A DNA stretch of 64,000 nt, from the NCBI GenBank assembly GCA_965248925.1, contig CBDFLE010000006.1, forward strand, positions 4,160,001 to 4,224,000. Direction: 5' to 3'. Shown here in pieces: positions 59,601 to 64,000 of the stretch. The notes beneath the pieces are model-generated. The model did no database searches, was not told the DNA's origin, and saw nothing but the letters and a program-made list of their open reading frames with translations. Position 1 is the first letter of the stretch, and every line of letters begins with the position of its first letter. Position numbers and translations under genes: made by a program. Source of the DNA: Candidatus Multivoradales bacterium. Lineage in GTDB: Bacteria > Acidobacteriota > Thermoanaerobaculia > Multivoradales > J023.

Positions 59601-60580
59601 GACCAAGCCGGTGTTCTTGTCGAGATCGTAGTCGGCCAGTTTGAGTAGCACTTCGCTGGTGGCGCAAGGGTTGACCACCGTCGAGTTTCTCAGCACGCCG
59701 TACTGGTAGCCGTAGTTGGTGCGGTAAAGGGCGCCGGATTGGGCCGGGTTGATGCTGCCCAGGCTTGCGGTGCTGATCGCCTGGCTGTCGCCGCCGTATT
59801 GCAGCTCAGAGGCGACGAAGCCGGTGCTGCCAGCCTGCACGAAGATGCTCAGCAGGTCGTTCGACTGCCGCGAGCCACCTGCCAACACCCTGCGTTTGCG
59901 CAGGAAGCCGTTGACTAGCGCAAAGTCATACTCGGTGGATTCGGTGACGCCGTTCTCGGTCACCGATTGCGAGTTGAAGGTCTCCAGCACCCAGGGCTGG
60001 GTCTGGCCGAACATGGCGAAATCGGTGGCCGGATCGATGGCGCCGGTGTCGCTGTTGGCGATCAGATAGGAGCCGCGATTCTGGTTGTAGAAGGTCTCGC
60101 TCGCGCGCACGTTGCCACTGGCGAAGTTGCCACCGGTGGTGGTGGTGCGGAAATGGCCCAGGCCATCGAAGTCCGAGTGGGTGACCTCGCGGAACTTGTC
60201 GCCGTCGTCGTGGTAGATAACTTTGCGGTACTTCATCCGGTGGTTGCGGTCGGCGTAGGTCCCGGATGGACCGTCGTTCTCATACTCCAGGAAGATCGAG
60301 CGGCGCTTGCTGCCGCTGGCCACCGAGCCCTGGTAGATCTCTTGCGACAAATAGGGCGGGTTGTTGTTGAAGTAGTCGTTGGTGCCCGGCGTGCAGCGGG
60401 TGAAGGGCAGGCCGAAGCCTTGGCGATTAGCGCCCGCGGAGTTAAACCAGTGCTTCGTGTCGTTGCCTAGCGGGTCGGTCAAGGTGAGAGTGTGGTAGCA
60501 GGAGATCTGGCCGGGACCGAGCACTCCCTGGGGATCGTAGTCATAGGTCCAGATGCCGTGGGGCGAGTTTGGATAGTCGC
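56634..60580 (-). pseudogene. Rhs toxin gene: 5'-truncated, in-frame TAG at 57102-57104, HicA-like C-terminal domain (56634-57101)
   Basis: YD repeats; HLDHLGTPR, YPFGQE, KFTGHER, GRFLSIDP, FVDLFG core. Frame continues past a single TAG to AKRAGFEVKAGGKHLKV...VIPH...GTIKRI. No start codon or N-terminal region. Confidence 0.85.
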
Positions 60581-60986
60581 TCAGCAGCCGCTGCCGGGGC
60601 AGGTGCTATCCCATTGATTGGCGTTGCCAGTCTCGAAGTTGTCGCCAAAGAGCACGGCGATCGATTTGACTGCGACGGTGGCGGAGGTGCTGTGGTGGGT
60701 CTCGTCTTCGATGCGGTAAGTCAACGTGCAGTTGGCATCGATCGAGCACGATCTCGGTGCTCGCCGGGCAGGTGCTGGCGAGGACGGTGACGGTCAGGGC
60801 TTCACCGTCGGGCTCGGTGTCGTTGGCCAGGACGTCAATCAGGATCGGGGCGGAGGCGGCCTCTGCGTTGTCGCCCGAGGCGATGGGGGTGCCATTGCAT
60901 TGAGCGTGGGCGGTGGCGGCGGCGAGCAGGCCGAGAGCGAGCGCCGCTGCCGGCCACGCCATGCATCCAGAGATTCTTCGCTTCAT
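60581..60986 (-). pseudogene. Small secreted Ig-like (Big_9/cadherin-like) protein with C-terminal LFGDNFETG motif; frameshift near 60740
   Basis: GGAGGT RBS, signal peptide, IDVLANDTEPDGEALTV; a second frame gives CTLTYRIED...ATVAV...LFGDNFETGNANQWD...stop 60581. Confidence 0.7.
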
Positions 60987-61179
60987 TCGTACCTCCAGTC
61001 CAGATCGTTCTGTCTTCTTCCTGCAACTCGCAAAAGACCAGAAAGCGCTCACTCCACCACGGCACCCCGTCCCCGCAACAGCGCCACCACCCGAGCAACA
61101 CACCTCGCCAGATCATCTCCGACCTCCAGCGACTCAATCCAGCCGCTCAACCGCCGGCGTGCCCTTCCTGTCGGCCGAT

Positions 61180-61368
61180 GCGCCTGATGCCCAGCGTTTG
61201 GTCGACACCGCCTTCGACAGGCTCAAGCTGTCGGCCCGGGCCCTCAGCCGTATTCTCAAACTGTCACGCACCATCGCCGACCTCGACGGCGCGGCGGAAA
61301 TTCGTGTAGCGCATGCCGCCGAGGCTTTTCAGTACCGCAGCCTGTACTGGCGGTCGGAGGGCCGCTGA
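61180..61368 (+). pseudogene. comM: 3' fragment of comM/yifB (Mg-chelatase-like AAA ATPase)
   Basis: DAQRLVDTAFDRLKLSARALSRILKLSRTIADLDG...HAAEAFQYR is the ComM C-terminal signature; no 5' part. Confidence 0.82.
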
Positions 61369-61409
61369 TGCCACGTTTACCACACTACTCAGGCCCAGGC
61401 CATCCTTGA

Positions 61410-61740
61410 TGGCCGGTCCAAGCTGTCAGCTCGGACTGTCAGTCGAAGCTGACACTCCGAGCTGACAGTCCGGCTGACATGTCAGCTCTATCAGGATCGA
61501 TAAGACCCGACGCGGAGTCGGGCAGCCCGCTGCTCCTCCAACCCTCGGCGGTTCACCATTTTCACTGACAAATCGTGAAATTCTCCCGCTGCTTCTCCAA
61601 CCCGCAGCTGGCAAAACGAAGATTTCAGGCATGCATGTTTCTGCATGTTTCTCTGGTATACCCGTTGCAATATAGCTGAGCAGAACAGCTGAAAGGCGAC
61701 AGGGAGCGAGGTTGATAGTGGAGCTACGGCTTTCACGGCT
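61410..61740 (+). repeat. ~330-bp direct repeat, copy 2
   Basis: Aligns with 55680-55999; ends where the XRE gene would begin. Confidence 0.9.
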
Positions 61741-61792
61741 GTCGTGCAACGTGCACGAAAAGATTCTTTAAATGAATGAAGGGAGTTTGACA

Positions 61793-62779
61793 ATGCGACG
61801 AATTCTGATCTGTTTCTTGCTAGTAGCTTTGTTGCTGCCCATAGCGGTGGTAGCACAGGGCTCTGGCGATGCCTCGGTGGACCGACTCACCGTCGGCAAC
61901 CTATCTGTTCTGGCCTACCGTTTGGAATTCGAAGAAATTGTTTCGATCCTCGGCGAGCTTTCGACTCTGTTATCAAAAACCGAACAGACCGCCGCCGCCA
62001 CTCAGTTGGCGAATACGGCCGGACGGATGACGGATGAAGATCTCGCGCAGTGGATGGCCAGCGGCGTCGACTTGTCCAAGCTGCTTTCGAAATTGCGTGA
62101 CCTTCAGGTCATAGTCGACCATAACGAACGCCACCGGGATCGCAGCGCTACTGGTCTAAGCGGCAAAACGCCAGGTTTGCCAGATGCCGCCTATTCTGCG
62201 GTCTGTGGTAGCGAACGCGGCGACACCGACGCTGAGTTTGCCGCCAAGGTCGCCCTGCAGGTCGCCAAGGGCGTGTGGTCGGTCGCCAGTCGCGCTTGCG
62301 ACGAAACGATCGTCATCCTCGGCGAAGGCGGCAATACTTCTCTGTTGTGTATTGCCGCGGACGCGATCCTGTTCATCGCCGAGGCCGTGCTCGAGGACTT
62401 CTTCTTCTGCGACGACGCCGTCAACGCCGCCGAGATCGAAGGCTCCTACGAGCGTTTGGGCCATTTGCACGGTGACATGGACTTGCTGCAGGCGGACGTC
62501 ACCCTCGACATGATGTTGATGATCGAGCAGAACCTGATGATCATCTCACCCAATCAGATCATCGTCACCTATGCAATTCCAGCGTCGAGCGGTGGCCTCC
62601 TTGATCTGGTAGTAACCGTGATTGAAAACACCATTCAAGACGCCACAGACGCCGGCCTGGCAGTCAACTTTGCCCAGTCGTTCTTCGACCAGGCCGAGGT
62701 GCTCCGGGCCGACGAGAGTTACAAGCGTGCCTTCCTGATGTACAGGCGGGCCTATCAAGAAGTGGCGCGGCTGCCATAA
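61793..62779 (+). CDS. Secreted helical hypothetical protein with four Cys
   Basis: Signal peptide MRRILICFLLVALLLPIAVVA; long clean ORF with RBS. Confidence 0.75.
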   Translation: MRRILICFLLVALLLPIAVVAQGSGDASVDRLTVGNLSVLAYRLEFEEIVSILGELSTLLSKTEQTAAATQLANTAGRMTDEDLAQWMASGVDLSKLLSKLRDLQVIVDHNERHRDRSATGLSGKTPGLPDAAYSAVCGSERGDTDAEFAAKVALQVAKGVWSVASRACDETIVILGEGGNTSLLCIAADAILFIAEAVLEDFFFCDDAVNAAEIEGSYERLGHLHGDMDLLQADVTLDMMLMIEQNLMIISPNQIIVTYAIPASSGGLLDLVVTVIENTIQDATDAGLAVNFAQSFFDQAEVLRADESYKRAFLMYRRAYQEVARLP

Positions 62780-62850
62780 GGAACTGTCGTGACACAAAAA
62801 TGTTCCGATTCCTTAACCCAGTTGGAACACAACAACCACAGGAGAGAAGA

Positions 62851-63198
62851 ATGAAGAAAGCAATCCAGAATCAGAAAGCCAAGAACCTCCGCCAGCAAGC
62901 GGGCTTCATCGTCAGCGTCGAGATCATTTTCTTGGTCACGATCTGCGTTATCGGCCTACTGGTCGGTTGGGTTTCGATCCGAGACGCAGTCGTCTTTGAG
63001 CTCCACGATGTTGCCGAGGCTGTCGGTTCGGTGAATCAGTCGTTCTACTACCGCGGAGTCTACGATCTCGATCCGCTCGAGAACACGGAAACCGCTGGCG
63101 GCGCATACTTCGACGACATCGATACCAGTGACCAGATCGGTATAGTGGTCGAGGTGGCACCGCAGAACCCGTCTGAGTTCGGCTTGGCCTTCAACTAG
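62851..63198 (+). CDS. Flp/type IVb pilin-like protein
   Basis: Basic leader, QAG|FIVSVE (prepilin-like site with Glu) and hydrophobic helix; upstream of CpaB-like gene. Confidence 0.7.
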   Translation: MKKAIQNQKAKNLRQQAGFIVSVEIIFLVTICVIGLLVGWVSIRDAVVFELHDVAEAVGSVNQSFYYRGVYDLDPLENTETAGGAYFDDIDTSDQIGIVVEVAPQNPSEFGLAFN

Positions 63199-63277
63199 CT
63201 ACCTGATACCACCGTTATAACGTCGGCCGCCGGAGTCCTCGACCAGCGAAGGGTTCCGGCGGTCGTTGGGGAGCAGC

Positions 63278-64000
63278 ATGAATACTGTCGTTCTAACCGA
63301 TCGCCGATCGGCACTCAAAGCGGGAATTGTCGTCGCGGCTCTAGCCATCGTCGCCATCCTCGGCTACCGCCAGCTAGCGCGGATTTCGGCGATACCAGTT
63401 TGGACCACCAGCGCTGCTCTCGACCGCGGAACGACTCTTGGCGCCGCCAACCTAAAGCAAACGCGCCTGTTGAAGAAGGCCGTGCCCGCCGGGGCATTGA
63501 CCGACCGTCGCGCCATCGTAGGCCAGATTCTGCGCGCTGCCAAAGCTTCTGATCAGCCATTCTTCGCGCACGACTTTGCCGTCCCCAGCCGGCCGCCAGT
63601 GACACCACTCGCGGCGCACGTTCCCGCTGGCCGCGTGCTCACCACATTGACGATTGATCCGATGTCGATTCCTTATCCGCAGCTGCGCTTCGCCGATCGC
63701 CTCGAGATCGTCGCAGTCAAGGCCATGGGTACTACCAACGGCCACGGTCGGGTCGTGGCGCGGGACGTCTTCATGATAGGTTCCTTGGCGCCCAACCAAG
63801 GCAAGCAGGCCGAGTCGAAAAAGGGAGCCCTCGGCATGGATATCTCGCCGCCCAAACGTGCAGCCAAAGGAGGTGCGAAAGGCCTCGCGCTCATTCTGGC
63901 TCTGCACCCCCGAGATGTCTTGCCGCTCGCTGAAGCGGAAAGCGAGAACGCCACCCTCAAGCTCGTGCTGCACGGCAAGAACGAAGTGGACCGCGGTGCG
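63278..64000 (+). CDS. cpaB: CpaB/RcpC-like Flp pilus assembly protein (SAF domain), runs off window (not in ORF track)
   Basis: Own translation MNTVVLTDRRSALKAGIVVAALAIVAILG...VPAGALTD...VGQIL...HVPAGRVLTTL...ADRLEIV...VVARDVFMI; open to 64000. Confidence 0.7.
   Translation, partial: MNTVVLTDRRSALKAGIVVAALAIVAILGYRQLARISAIPVWTTSAALDRGTTLGAANLKQTRLLKKAVPAGALTDRRAIVGQILRAAKASDQPFFAHDFAVPSRPPVTPLAAHVPAGRVLTTLTIDPMSIPYPQLRFADRLEIVAVKAMGTTNGHGRVVARDVFMIGSLAPNQGKQAESKKGALGMDISPPKRAAKGGAKGLALILALHPRDVLPLAEAESENATLKLVLHGKNEVDRGA

Overview
GC-rich bacterial chromosome segment. The gene repertoire (DUF4388 proteins, Gld-like ABC system, large Rhs proteins, AlkP/sulfatase-family envelope proteins) suggests Acidobacteriota, possibly Thermoanaerobaculia; this is an inference. 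From ~2.9 to 47.7 kb the window is mostly ordinary housekeeping, envelope and signalling content: dcd, glpX, acyl-CoA dehydrogenase, RsbW/RsbV, polyprenyl synthase, two divergent PIN toxin-antitoxin pairs, envC-S41-polysaccharide deacetylase, mazG, dnaK-hspR, a Gld-like ABC transporter, a sulfatase, a Ser/Thr kinase-Ig-LysM/FecR-sigma54 cluster, and a PP2C phosphatase. The left edge is the 3' part of an Rhs gene. From ~47.9 to 61.75 kb lies a decaying accessory mosaic: ISL3 and XRE remnants in two copies, an intact HUH/Y1 (RAYT-like) transposase flanked by nested repeat arrays with a fixed end, a C25 peptidase, a 5'-truncated Rhs whose HicA-like toxin domain is cut off by one in-frame TAG and followed by an unannotated 59-aa immunity candidate, two ~320-bp direct repeats with a recombinase-like core site, and a comM 3' fragment. 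The right edge begins a Flp/Tad pilus locus. The best novel-system candidates are the HUH-transposase nested arrays and the Rhs-HicA/immunity cassette bounded by att-like repeats.
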